64,000 nt of DNA. Source: Vermamoeba vermiformis (Eukaryota). The number at the start of each line of letters is the position of its first letter. Within the stretch, counting starts at the first letter, position 1. A program made the position numbers and the translations under genes. Shown in pieces: positions 10,501 through 23,040 of the stretch. The stretch lies in contig JBEWZL010000210.1 in assembly GCA_045837725.1 (NCBI GenBank), positions 1 through 64,000 on the forward strand, read 5' to 3'. A model generated the notes under the pieces. It made no database searches. It was not told the origin of the DNA and saw nothing but the letters and a program-made list of their open reading frames with translations.

Positions 10501-13492
10501 TTTGCTTCTCGAACTCGGGCAAGAACTCCGCAGTGAGCTTCAAGCTGCTGTAGGGAGCTTCTTTCAGTTCGGCAATGATTTCACGGGCCTTGGTGACGGC
10601 ATCAAGGGCTTCTTGGAATCTGCTCTGATAGTGCATGTCCTTGGCAGTGCTCGCGTGAGTCTTGCCGGCACGAATCTTCTCTTCAACAACTCGGCTGAAC
10701 AGGGCTTCACCACACTGTGTCTCATACTGATCAATTTGCTTCTCGAACTCGGGCAAGAACTCGGTAGTGAGCTTCAAGCTGTTGTAGGGAGCTTCTTTCA
10801 GTTCGGCAATGATTTCACGGGCCTTGGTGACGGCGTCGAGAGCCTCTTGGAATCTGCTCTGATAGTGCATGTCCTTGGCAGTGGAGCCGTGAGTCTTGGC
10901 TGCACGAATCTTCTCTTCAACGACTCGACTGAACAAGGCTTCACCACACTGACGCTCGTACTCATCAATTTGCTTGACGAAGGGGGGAAGGAAACTGGCA
11001 ACATCTTGAAGTGAGTTCCAAGGGGCCTCTTGCAACTCGGCGATGACTTCACGGGCCTTGGTGACAGCGTCGAGTGATTCTTGGAACCGGCTCTGGTAGT
11101 GCATGTCCTTGGCAGTGGAGCCATGAGTCTTGGCAGCGCGGATTTTGTCATCAGCAAGGCGAGCAAACATTGATTCACCGCACTTCATTTCAAGGTCATC
11201 AATCTGCTTGACGTATGTGTTGAGGAAGGTCTTGACAATCTCCAAATTGACGTAAGGAGGTTGAGCAAGCTCGTTGATCTGCTCGCGGGCCTTGGCAACA
11301 GCGTCGAGTGACTCTTGGAATCTGCTCTGGTAGTGCATATCCTTGGCAGTGGAGCCGTGAGTAGTAGCTTGACGGATCTTCTCCTCAGCGACACGAGAGA
11401 ACATCTTTTCACCGCATTGTTTCTCGTACTCATCGATTTGCTTGACGAAGGCTGGCAAGAATTCGACAACGGCCTTGAAACCGTTGTAAGGTGTCTGGTC
11501 GAGTTCGGCGATGACTTCACGGGCCTTGGCAACTGCGTCGAGTGATTCCTGATATCTGCTTTGGTAGTGCATGTCCTTGGCAGTGGAGCCGTGGGTCTTG
11601 GCTAAGCGAATCTTTTCGTCAACGACTCTGCCAAACATCTCTTCACCACACTTCTTCTCGTATTCATTGATCTGCGTAACGAAGGCTGGCAAGAACTCGA
11701 CGACGGCCTTGAATTCAGCAAAAGGGGGATTAGACAGCTCAACAATGAGCTCGCGGGCCTTGGCAACAGCGTCGAGTGACTCTTGATATCTGTTGTGGAA
11801 AAGCATGTCCTTGGCCTTGGCACCGTGGGTCTTGGCTTCACGGATCTTGTCGTCAACTAAGCGGCTGTACATGCCTTCCCCACATTGCTTTTCGTATTGA
11901 TCGATGAGCTTGATGAAGTCAGGCAAGAATTTCTCAACATCGGCGAAGGTGTTAAACGGGGCATTGGACAACTCGGCAATGCTTTCGCGGGCCTTGGCAA
12001 CAGCTTCAAGAGCTTCCTTGTATCTGCTATGATAGTGCATGTCCTTGGCTGTGGAACCGTGAGTCTTTGCAGCGCGGATCTTGTCATCGACAATTCGGCC
12101 ATACATCTTCTCACCGCACGACTTCTCCAGGTCATCGATCTTGGGAATGAACTTGGCCAAGAAGTCAACAACGGTCTTGTGAGTACCAAAAGTCGATTGC
12201 AGATCTGAGATTGCATCGCGAGCCTTGGCAATGGCGTCGAGAGCCTCTTGATATCTGCTTTGGAAGTGCATGTCTTTGGCCTTGTCACCATGGGTGTCAG
12301 CAGCGCGAATCTTGTCGTCGATAATTCGGCCATACATCTTCTCACCACACGACCTCTCCAGGTCATCGATCTTGGGAATGAACTTGGCCAAGAAGTCAAC
12401 AACGGTCTTGTGAGTACCAAAAGTCGATTGCAGGTCTGAGATTGCATCACGAGCCTTGGCAATAGCGTCGAGAGCCTCTTGATATCTGCTTTGGAAGTGC
12501 ATGTCTTTGGCCTTGTCGCCATGGGTGTCAGCAGCACGGATCTTGTCGTCGATAATTCGGCCATACATCTTCTCACCACACGACTTCTCCAGGTCGTCGA
12601 TCTTTGGAATGAACTTGGCCAAGAAGTCTACAACAGTTTTGTGGGTACCAAAAGTCGATTGCAGATCTGAGATTGCATCGCGAGCCTTGGCGATGGCATC
12701 GAGAGCCTCTTGATATCTGCTTTGGAAGTGCATGTCCTTGGCCTTGTCGCCATGGGTGTCAGCAGCCCGGATCTTCTCGTCGATAACTCTTCCATACATC
12801 TTCTCACCACACTTCTTCTCGTATTCGTCAATTTGTTTGATGAAGTCGGGAAGGAAGGTAACAACGGCAGAGTGAGTGCTGTACGGGGCTTCCGAGAGCT
12901 GAGCAATGCTTTCGCGGGCCTTGGCAACAGCGTCGAGTGACTCTTGATATCTGTCTTGGAACAGCATGTCCTTGGCCTTGGCACCGTGGGTCTTGGCTTC
13001 GCGGATCTTGTCGTCTACTACTCGTCCCATCATAGAATCAGCAATCTTCTTCTCGATGGTGTCGATCTGTGCACGAGACTCGGTGACAAACGTCTTGACT
13101 GCGTCAGCGAAATTGTAAGGAGCTGCGTCCAATACAGCCAAAGCAGTGCGAGCCTTATTGACGGATTCAGAGGCCTCAGCGTATCTATTGTGGAAGTGCA
13201 TCTGGTTGGCGTTGGTCAGGGGACCTTTGACGTCTGAGTACAAGCCATCCAAAGCCTTCTTGACGAAGTTGCTTGCGTCGCTTTCGAGCTTCTTGAGGTC
13301 ATTCTTGGCAGCAGTAACGAACTGTTGAGTCTTGGCAAAGGTCGCGGGAACGATCTTGGTCAGACTTTCCTTTTCAAAGGCGACTACTGCGTCTTTAAGC
13401 TTAAGCACTTCTTGGAGTTGAGCATTAGCCTCTTCGAAGGTCTTGAATTCACGCTTCTTGAGCGAGTTGAGTAAGGCTTCTAGCGCTTCCAT
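7558..13492 (-). CDS. ~1935-aa protein with 15 tandem 77-79-aa helical repeats and an uncharacterised C-terminal region
   Basis: Exons 13492-9718, 9656-7727 and 7660-7558 join in frame. Strong codon bias toward C/G-ending codons. Confidence 0.88.
9790..13260 (-). repeat. Coding tandem repeat array (231-237-bp unit, 15 copies)
   Basis: Unit ..KIRxAxTHGxxAKDMH(F/Y)QSR(Y/F)QE(A/S)LDAxxKAR..P(Y/F)..FLP.F.KQID.YE..CGE repeats. Three 231-bp copies at about 12110-12800 are nearly identical. Confidence 0.95.
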
Positions 13493-13890
13493 GCCTACAA
13501 CAACAAAGATCAGTGTCAAATCCAACGAATCTCGGATTACAATCAAAATTTTATGCATTAAAAGGCGTAATTAGATTATATGTTGCATTTATAATAACCT
13601 ACCTTTGTTTCGCTCGTGTTGTATCTTTAAGGCAAGTAATAAAGTAATGCGTGTTCAAGGATCTTTCCTTTTATCCTCGCTCTCGTCACTTACAATGTGA
13701 CCAATATCGATAAACTACCAATCATAAAAAGGACCGAGCAATCACATCACATTTTTCAGTTCCATGAACGATGGGCGCTGAGGTCCCTTCGTCACGCGAC
13801 ATTCGCAGAAAGAATTAATAGACCCTAACAAGCTATGTCAGCAATAAGAAACCACATATAATTGAAAGATTACTCACGAATAGGTATATA

Positions 13891-14348
13891 TGTTCAGACC
13901 CGTTAAGTCCGTCATTTCACTTTGACCAAGTTGAAACCGATCGGGTTGTAAAATTGTTTCCAATTCATTTGTCGTTGTGCACCACATAAAGTGAGATAAC
14001 TCCACAAGTTGTTACGAGCAACTAACCGCCATCGTGCTAATACAAGATGTCGTTAATGTACGTCATTTTTTTCAGATTTGAAACAAATTAAAAATGCAAC
14101 TAAAAAATAGTCCATTCAATATGAAAAATTACAAATAATTTAGACGAATTTATCACGATAATTACCATACAAATGCCTTCCATACCAGATTTAATTCAAG
14201 AGCGGATGGTGTTTCTTAATAAGTGCGGCACGGCTTAAATTGAACGTGCAATCGAAATAACCAATTCAAATGTTATTGCACAAATTAAATGAGGTGTGCG
14301 GTTTAATTATGTGACAAAGATGAAATGACAGCTAATTTTGGTTCCAAG
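13891..14348 (+). pseudogene. Duplicated fragment of P450 3' end plus downstream flank (copy of ~4589-4952)
   Basis: TGTTCAGACCC...TTGACCAAGTTGAAACCGATC...ACAGCTAATTTTGGTT matches 4589-4952, with an indel in the coding part and extra sequence in the flank. Confidence 0.88.
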
Positions 14349-14706
14349 CCAAGGCCGTTTCAGCGTTTGACAAATTTATTTTTTGAGCACAATCGTCAAT
14401 GGATAACAGTAACATGATATTCTATATAGTGCTACTTCTACAAAGTTGAATTGCCCGGCAAGGTTGAGGAGTTGACGTGATCGAGTTGTAAGCTTCAATT
14501 AGGAATATAATGTAAATGATCAATAGCAAACGAGATAAATGAGATAGTTGTAAGATTTGAAGGGTTATTCCATTATGAAAGCTGTTCTTTTGCGGATCCA
14601 GGATCGATCTGCAAAACCCCGCCAAAAAAAAGAGAATGCTTAGAATATAACTTTATCTAGGGAGTGAATTCCTTTCGCTGACGTATTATTTCGAGAATGC
14701 AATTGG

Positions 14707-15219
14707 TTACAAGTTGTCTTCATTTATCTCGACGTAGTTGCCATTCAGATTCTGCAATCTGATCCAATTGAACTGCAACATGTACGCTTGAACCAAGTAA
14801 TAAACTTTTGCATTGACGCATTTAAGGTCGAGCAAAGACTTGTCTAAATCAGCAAGATCGGGCAGATCCGCTAAACCATTTTCAAGGCCCCATTGGAGCA
14901 AATTCTTGGCCCATAATACTTTATATTTGTCTGGCATATTCTCGTATTCAATAATCAAGGTATTAGGTGTAGCTAGCTCAATTGAATAATTAACAGTAAG
15001 CCCAGGTTTTTTTAATCCGTCTTTCGCACGGTTAACGCGCCGGTTTTTGAAGAAGTGGCATTCCTCTATAGTAATTCCATTATATCGATTATCTAATACG
15101 ACTGGTTCTCTGTGGGGACCCCAGACTGTTTCTGGGAAGCTGTCAAAATCCAAAACGGCAAAGACTGGATCGCCATACTCCGTTAATTTGGTTCGGTTGT
15201 CGTCTATAATTGGGTCCAT
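14707..15219 (-). CDS. Hypothetical intronless protein (~170 aa)
   Basis: Open frame from ATG 15219 with globular-looking composition. No motif recognised. Confidence 0.5.
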   Translation of the reverse strand: MDPIIDDNRTKLTEYGDPVFAVLDFDSFPETVWGPHREPVVLDNRYNGITIEECHFFKNRRVNRAKDGLKKPGLTVNYSIELATPNTLIIEYENMPDKYKVLWAKNLLQWGLENGLADLPDLADLDKSLLDLKCVNAKVYYLVQAYMLQFNWIRLQNLNGNYVEINEDNL

Positions 15220-15764
15220 TGTTTGAATGTAGGTTTGCAATCAATGCTCTGTTTAAGGCAATTGCGGTCAAATAAATTCGTCAGCTCGTTACCTTTTGGA
15301 GCGAACACCACACACGGACAATTTTGCTTCGTATCGTGCAATAATTAGCAATAATATGCCAGGGTGCGCTCGTCAAGTGGGTAGTGTCTTTTCTTGCCGT
15401 TCTGTAAGTGCGCTCATTTTCTAGATGTGAAGGTGGGTAAAATTAACTACTAAACAATTAACTGAATAATTGAACGCATTATCGTTATAATTAATAATAA
15501 TATTGTTGTAATTTTAGTAATTTTTGTAATTTTTGAGCTGGAATAGTTCATCCCGTAATGGTAATTATTTTCATTTACTTACTTTATGCAGGGCACGCAA
15601 GTACGGTCGTGCCAAAAATTAATTAAGAGGGCTCTATTTCGTTAATATGCCAAATATGTTGCACGTTTTACCGAGATCAGACATGTGTTTTAGTTCACAA
15701 AATCTTATCAAGACGTGAAATTTTATTAACTAGTATACTAGTTGTATGTTAGTTGCAGCCACAA

Positions 15765-17737
15765 ATGCTCGTTTGGATATTATTGCTCTTATTTGTGGCG
15801 ATCGGCTTGGCGGTAGCTTGGGAATGGAAACAACGCCATCCAAAGTCAGATATTCCAATGCCACCAGCTATCAGTTTATCAGAATTATCCCCTAAAACTG
15901 GCGAAAACATTGATATAGTATTCGATCGCTTGAAAGCAAAATACGGAACTTGTTTCAGATTCAGAGTCCCGTTTTACGCGCACTTTGTTGTGACTGTAGG
16001 CGCTGCCTCGTCAAAAACGTATCATATGTTAAAGGACGATGAAGTTAGCGTTAGTTTGGGCTATAGAGTAAGTTTATAATTATAATTCCATTTAATTTTA
16101 ATCGGGATCTTTGCCGCTTTTGTCAAAGTAAACCGTAATATCTATTCTTTTTGACTAATATATATAAAATAATTCTCTAATATTATTTGGTAGTTTTTGA
16201 ATCAATTGGGACTCGGCTCGAGCCATTTGAAAGCTGTGATCCGCGACAATACAATGAACACGTTTATTCCGATGCTGGAGAAAGCTTTTAACAAAGAGAG
16301 ATACAACCATTTTGCAAAAGTCACTCGTGCAGGCCATATTGACTATATGAGACGTTTTTGGAACAATGAAGTTCAGAAAGTCGATCTGTTTGTCGAGATG
16401 TACGTCTTGAACATCCGTTTGATCATCAGGTAAATATATTATAGTAGTAAATATCGCACTTAATATTAAAATGATATATTTAGAGCGTTTATGGGTGATT
16501 TTGAAGAGGAAAAGGTCGCTGGATTGATAGAGACGTTCAAAGCCCTAGATCTAGAAGAGCGAATCAAAGGACTGTCCAATATAGCACATAACTTTACTCC
16601 TAGTGGGCGCAGAGAACTTGAGAGTCATTGGAGTGCCACTCGAGATCTGGTCAAGTATCTCGTTGAATACCGTAAAAAACATCAAAGTGCTACGAGTGAC
16701 GTTGAATTCTTCGACTATTTGACTAAACAAACTACAGATGATAACGGTAAGATCCATTTTATAATAACGTCGTCTTAATAACTAAGTCCAATAGTGCGCG
16801 GAATAATTCAATTGTTACGACGAGTGACACGTGTCACTCAAAAACAGACCGTGCATTAATTTTAATTCTTTTGTTAATCGTAAATTAGATGTACTTATAT
16901 ATTGTTGCTATATTTAGGTCAGATTGACTACGAGTTATTAACGTGTCGCGTCTTCTCGGTTATTTTCCTCGCTATTTTGAACACATTCGCCACGAGTGCT
17001 TGGTTCTTATTCCGAGTCTTTGATAATGCTGCAATTGTACGTGCGATAGTTAGCACGTAATTAGAGCAACACTAACAATCGTTTTAGTATGAAAAAGTGA
17101 AGAAAGAACAACTTGAGTACTACGAGATTTTGAACGATCCCAACGCTGAGCCTGGCACTGCGCTGATCAACAAATTTCCGTTCAGTGAATTAGTTTGTTC
17201 GTGAAGTAGTTCGTACTTCAGTCAACGGCATCTCGTTCAGACGTGCTGTCACAGACTTTGTTTTGAATGACAACGGCACCAATCACTTCATTCCGAAAGG
17301 TCAGTAGAGCAGTATTGAATTAATATAGCATCCATTTATTAACAATTTTTATTTACTAGGCTCGTACGTGATTATGCCGTACAGCACGATCATCAAGGAC
17401 ACGACCGTTTACAAGGACCCTGAAGAGTTCAGACCTGAGCGATTCGAAACTGAAGCCAAAGGTGCTTGTGAGAACGTTGTGTTTGGCGCGGGACGACACC
17501 CGTGCACTGGTAAGGGAATTAAGTTTGGTCATACCTTGAACTAATGGACTTTTTTCAGGCACCAAGTTCGCGATGCTGAACATCAAGAACATTGCATTCA
17601 ACATCATGAACTTCTACAAAGTAGATGTGCCCGGCAAGATCGAAGACTATGTGCCTAAGATTCGAAGTATGGGTGTGTTCAGACCCATCAAGCCCGTTAT
17701 GTTTACACTGACCAAGTTGAAACCGATCGAATTATAA
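15765..17737 (+). CDS. Cytochrome P450 (CYP7/CYP51-clan-like), full length, with an apparent +1 frameshift at ~17195
   Basis: N-terminal membrane anchor, I-helix LAILNTFA, ExxR, PERF and FGAGRHPCTG. One extra T relative to the paralog, just before the ExxR codons. Confidence 0.88.
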
Positions 17738-18593
17738 ACGCAACAAAGGTTTAGTACGCCGCATCTACGGACCATCGTTGACGTTGCTATGACACGACCA
17801 GCATTGGCGTAGTTCGTGGTCTCAATAGCTTTTCGCCCTAGCGCAAGGGTTACGCGATACGCGTCATTGCGAGTACCACCTCGTAGTGACGTATACCACT
17901 CATAACAAAGTATTTAGCTATTTGGCGATGGTTTAGGGTATGTATTATCTACACATCGTTTGCTTTCTTTAAAACTTGCATTCATATACGTTCCTATTCT
18001 ACACCATTCACTCCAAAAATAATTACAAAATTAGTAATTGGTGATCGACAGAATTGCAAAGCAAATTTATAAATATATTACAACGCTTTGAGAAATTAAT
18101 TTGTCGCATTCAACTAGATCTAGGGGACTTTAACTTACCCGGCCGGTAGGAGAGAGTCCTTGCAAGCTCTCGAATGCCGAGCATCTGGACCCACGATAGC
18201 AGAGTGGATTCGGTTTACACTGACGTTTACGTCAATCTTTAATTAGGCTAAAAGTTCGCGGAGGTTTTATTGGCTTCGTTTAACCGTTTTCAAAGCGCAA
18301 CTTTCCCGACAATGAAACCACAAGGATAAGTCTACTATCCGACCTTCTAAATACTGAAAGCCCCTCTCGGTGAGGATATTTTACCGTATCAAGTCAAAGG
18401 TTACCCGCTCTTCGAAATCTGTTTTAGTGGAGCCTTTGTAGGTAGACTAGAAAACTTGATTAGCTCGAAAATTGAGGCGGGAATTGCTTCCGAAGATCAA
18501 TACTAAAAATAACGCGAATCTTTTGATACGTTACACAGTGCCAAAAACTTTAATGTTTCATTTCAAATTAATTAATTGAAGAAGTTCAGCAAC

Positions 18594-20146
18594 ATGAACA
18601 GCTTCATCTACTTATCATTGCTGCTACTGTGCGTTGCTGGTGCATTCAGTCAATCTATAACGGTAATTATTCCGAATTTTTTTTCCGACCGACTTAATTT
18701 AATCTCTCGTAGAGTTTAACCACTGCCAATGTTGGAGGATTAGTAGTTCCATCTTATTACCAAAGCAGTAGAATATACACTATGGACTCCTTTGGCGACA
18801 CAGTCGTATCCGTGGGAGGAAAGGCCGTAAACCCGGATCTCTTCGCCGCAATCTTCAAGCGAGACGCTGCAGGAAACTACAATTTCGTAGCTCAAAAGAA
18901 TATCACGACAACACTTGTCGCCGCAGTGGCTACAAACGGAAAGTGGTTTGCGATAACGACTGAACTTGACGGAATCCACGTTTGGAGATTAGATAGCAAC
19001 AACAATATCGTCGATGAATATGTTCTGAATATTCCGGATATAGTCATCAATATGAAGTTTTTTTCGGACGATACTTTGACTCTACTAGTCGACATGAACA
19101 TCTATTCACTGCAATTCAACGGCTCAGCTTGGAATATTGTCAATTCATTAGCAACCAGCCTGCCCGGTGATCAGTTCTACCCTGTCATGCTTAACGAATA
19201 TAGGTTGATTTACCTAGTTGGCTCAACAGTGTATTTGAACACCAGAACAAACGGTCAATGGCAATTCCAAGAATCGTTCAATATCAATTTAAATGTAATT
19301 GCATTGGGCAATATTGCGTGGAATGGACAAACGATCGTAGTTACTGGCGATGGCATCAGTTTTATTTACGAAAAAGTCAATAACAACTGGACGAACATTG
19401 CAAATCTTGTCTATCCCACTTCTATACAAGGACTTGGAGACGGAATTCTTCCGTTGCTCTCCAATTATTTCGTTTTGTCATCGAAAACGAATAAACAGCC
19501 TTCCGTGCTGCTCTACAAGGACGTCACTGGGACTTGGAACTACGCAGCTGAAATCCACGCATCAATCAGCAACGATTACACCAGATTAGGCATGCCGACT
19601 GTGGTGAATGACTACGACATTCTATTCTTAACGCAGGAAACGAACAACAACATTACATCGTCGCACTTGGAAAGTTTTCCAAAATGCATTTTCTCGCCCA
19701 TCGACATCACGTGCAAAGTTCAACCGCTGAACTGCGACCAGAATCCAGTGCTACTGATTACCGATTTCTTCGTGGACAATCAACCCCGCTGTCCATCAAC
19801 GTTAGCAGTTCAATCGTACACGTTCAGCACCAACAACTTCACCACTACGTTGAAGTTTTCTCGCGAATTTTCTCCCGATTTCACTTGCTCCGCACAGTTC
19901 CAGTGCGCCAGTTCTCCAGCGGTGTTATCTGTGCCTCAAAGTACTCCACCAGCAGTGTCAAATCAACCGGAGAGTGCTCCGTCAATGGCTTCAAATCAAC
20001 CATCAAGTTCATCCGCGCCAACTCAACCCGTGGCAATTGGAGTGCCAACAACAGCTGAGCAAGGGAAGACTAGCGGGGCGAACTTTGTCTCGGGGCTATC
20101 AACGTTTGTTTTGAGCCTGTTGTTAACTTTGGCATTGACGATGTAA
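18594..20146 (+). CDS. Secreted, probably GPI-anchored surface protein (beta-rich domain, Cys-containing domain, Ser/Pro/Thr stalk)
   Basis: Signal peptide MNSFIYLSLLLLCVAGAFS, one intron, S/P/Q-rich stalk, hydrophobic C-terminus without a cytosolic tail. Confidence 0.82.
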
Positions 20147-22896
20147 TTTTCAATTGATTGTGCAGTAAAACGATTTACTACAACTGAATCTTCATTTTCT
20201 GACCTCGATACAATCGGAATTAGATAAGAGCGACAATGAAGAGTAACGTTGTTGCAGTTAATAAAGCACCACTTGAAACTTGATTTGCCGCTGGAAGTTT
20301 TCCACTGTCCGTTGGCTGAGTCGACTGCGGTGCTGATTCGATTGGCGTCGCTACAACAGGACTGTTGTCCGGGCTGTTGATAATCGGTCCTGCTACCGGT
20401 GCTGGAGAAGGTTGAGAGGTCGAGGCAGGTGAAGATTGTGGTACCGTGCCTGGTGTGCAGCCAAAGTACTCTCCAGTGCAAACACCCGCTTGACACGTGT
20501 CATTGTGAGTACAACTATTGCCGTCATCGCACGGAGTCGCGTTTGGCATGTTAGTTAGTGCCGGGCATTCTCCGCTTGGCGGATAGCACAGTGATGTTTG
20601 ACAGTCTGTTGTCGGACACTGTTTCGAGTCCAAAGCAGTGCAGACACCTCCCATGCACACAGATGATGTTGAACATGCGCTGTAGTCTTCGCAGGATGTT
20701 CCGTTAGGGTAGAGTTGACAGTTATCCACGAAGTTGCTGGGAATATTTACTGCCGTTGCACCACCAAGCCACGTCCATTGGTTAGTTGGTACGTGATATC
20801 GCCACAAGTCTTGCAATATTCCTACGATAGCACATTAGAAACAGTAATAGCAAAGAAGATGTCGTCCTAATTGATCGGTGTTACTTACCATTGTTGTTGA
20901 CACCGCCAAACAAGTAAAAGTAATCGTCTTCTTGCCAATACACGGAAATGGCACGAGGACCAGGGAAGGCATCATCGGAGGGAACTCCGAGTTGTCCGAA
21001 ATTTCGATTGACACGTGTATAAGGATTGGAGCTACCGTGCATCCAAGTCCATTCGTTGTTTGTGTAGTCATATCGCCACAAGTCATTCAAGAATTCCCAT
21101 GGATATTTGACAAAGCCACCGAACAGCCAGAAATACCCGCCGTAAGTCCACGTTGCAGCAGCACCTCTGGCAAACGGAAGATTGTCCGATGACGGAACAT
21201 TCCGAGTACCGTACTGGCCCATCGGCAACGAGCCATTGTTGTTGCCGCCCATCCATGCCCAGCCATTGACAGCGCGATCAAACTTCCATACGTCATTCAG
21301 AGGACCTTTTAGTGACCCTGTTAGTTAATTTAAACTGTCTAGTTGACAAATACTTATTTTTGTAACGTACCAGGACCAAGAGTATCATAGCCAACACCTC
21401 CAAACAGCCACAAATTGCCTGCTGCATCGACCCAAGAGGCGCCGAAATATCTAGAACCGGGAGAATAGTCTGTAGATGCCACGCCTAGCTGGCTCGGTGT
21501 ACTGTAGTGTCCATTATTGATAGTAACTAAAGTCCACTCATTTGTAAATGGATTATAGCTCCATAGATCATTTAGAAAACCAATTACTAATGTAATAATT
21601 GATTAAAATCAATTCTGTTTCAATTGTTTTTGCAAGCAATTACCGAGCGACTGGCCACCGAAGATCCAAAATTTTCCATCGGGACTTTGCCAAGAATAAA
21701 CAAATCGTCTTGCAGATGGATAATAATCGACGGAAGCATTGCCTTTAGGACCGATGACACCGGGGTCTGATGTACCAATCATGGATCCGCTCATCCAAGT
21801 CCATTCTTTTTTCTTCGTATTGTATCTCCACATATCAGTAAGGAATCCTAAAAATATATTCCATTAAGTTATATTCCCCTTTAATCAGTATTTCAATTAA
21901 AGAAACAGAAAGGTCTTTTAAATTAAATTTTTTCTTTCAGAAAATGGGACCAGCCTCAGCACTGCCACCATAGATCCAATAATTGTCATTGCTATCCATC
22001 CAAGCTGCGTAGCCGACCAGCCAGGATATTGTCCACCGGGATTTGTGCCGTACTCTGCTCGTCGACGGTAAACTCAGTGGCCTCCATAGATCAGTTCGGT
22101 TTGTACTGCCAAAGGCACTGTCCCCTTTTAATGATGTATAAAAATTTTTCGATCTATAATGTACCAAACTTGACTTACATGAGCTATCTTCCGATACGCG
22201 CATAAAAACATTTGAATTGCTGTCAATTTGTGCAGCTGCACCTATAAATCTACCAGGCATGACACGAGGAAAATCATTTGATGGCGCAACGGGATCCGTT
22301 GTTGCGTTATATCCGAACAACCAAGTCCAAGTCAGCTTTGCCGGATCAAACCGCCATAAGTCGTTAGAAAGAGATGGCGTTGCTCCACCGAACAAATAAA
22401 ACAAGCCGTTTGAATCTGTAAATGCTACCGGATATTGAACGCCGCCTGGTCCGTTATTCACATCAGGAACGCCTTGAGTACCATAAACACTAGGCATATG
22501 CCTTAACCTCCCAGCGAGATTTTCACCAATAAATTTTATCAGTGTAAAAGAGGAAACACAACTAGTGTTAGTTTTATATAAACTATCCTTATATTTATTG
22601 CTGGTATATAAATCGTTTATTTACAGCACATCCAGGACTCAATGATCATGTAATAATAAAGAGGCGATAATATAGCCAAAAATATATACTACATCATAAC
22701 GAGCAGATAAGAAATATAATTAGTTAAGAAAAAAAGAGAAAGAAATATATATATATATTCGATATTTCGCAGCTATGAGCAGAGAGAGATTCAGTTTTTG
22801 AGATCCAAAAGCCCCATGCCCAGTGCCTACATTTTCAGATAACTGACCTCAAATATATTTACTACGAACTACGCAATATCACAACAGCCCAGGCAT

Positions 22897-23040
22897 CGAC
22901 TCAGTCCCCACCACCAGCGACCCCCCAACGTAATCCGATGAATGTAATATATACGACCATTCATTGTCAAGCTCGACTCAGTCCCGCCCAGCGACCAAAA
23001 ACACATGCGCAAGCGACTCAGTCCCTGCCACCAGCGACCC
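22897..23040. repeat. Three short subterminal direct repeats in element 2
   Basis: CGACTCAGTCCC..CCAGCGACC starts at 22897, 22974 and 23014. Confidence 0.85.

Noticed and set aside
7695-13328. Many overlapping plus-strand and alternate-frame ORFs
   Set aside because: They are shadows of a codon-biased repetitive gene on the minus strand.
18125-18230. U1 snRNA-like start (AACTTACCCGG) or tRNA/ribozyme-like hairpins
   Set aside because: No U1 loop I/II or Sm site, and no tRNA T-loop or acceptor stem. The hairpins are short.
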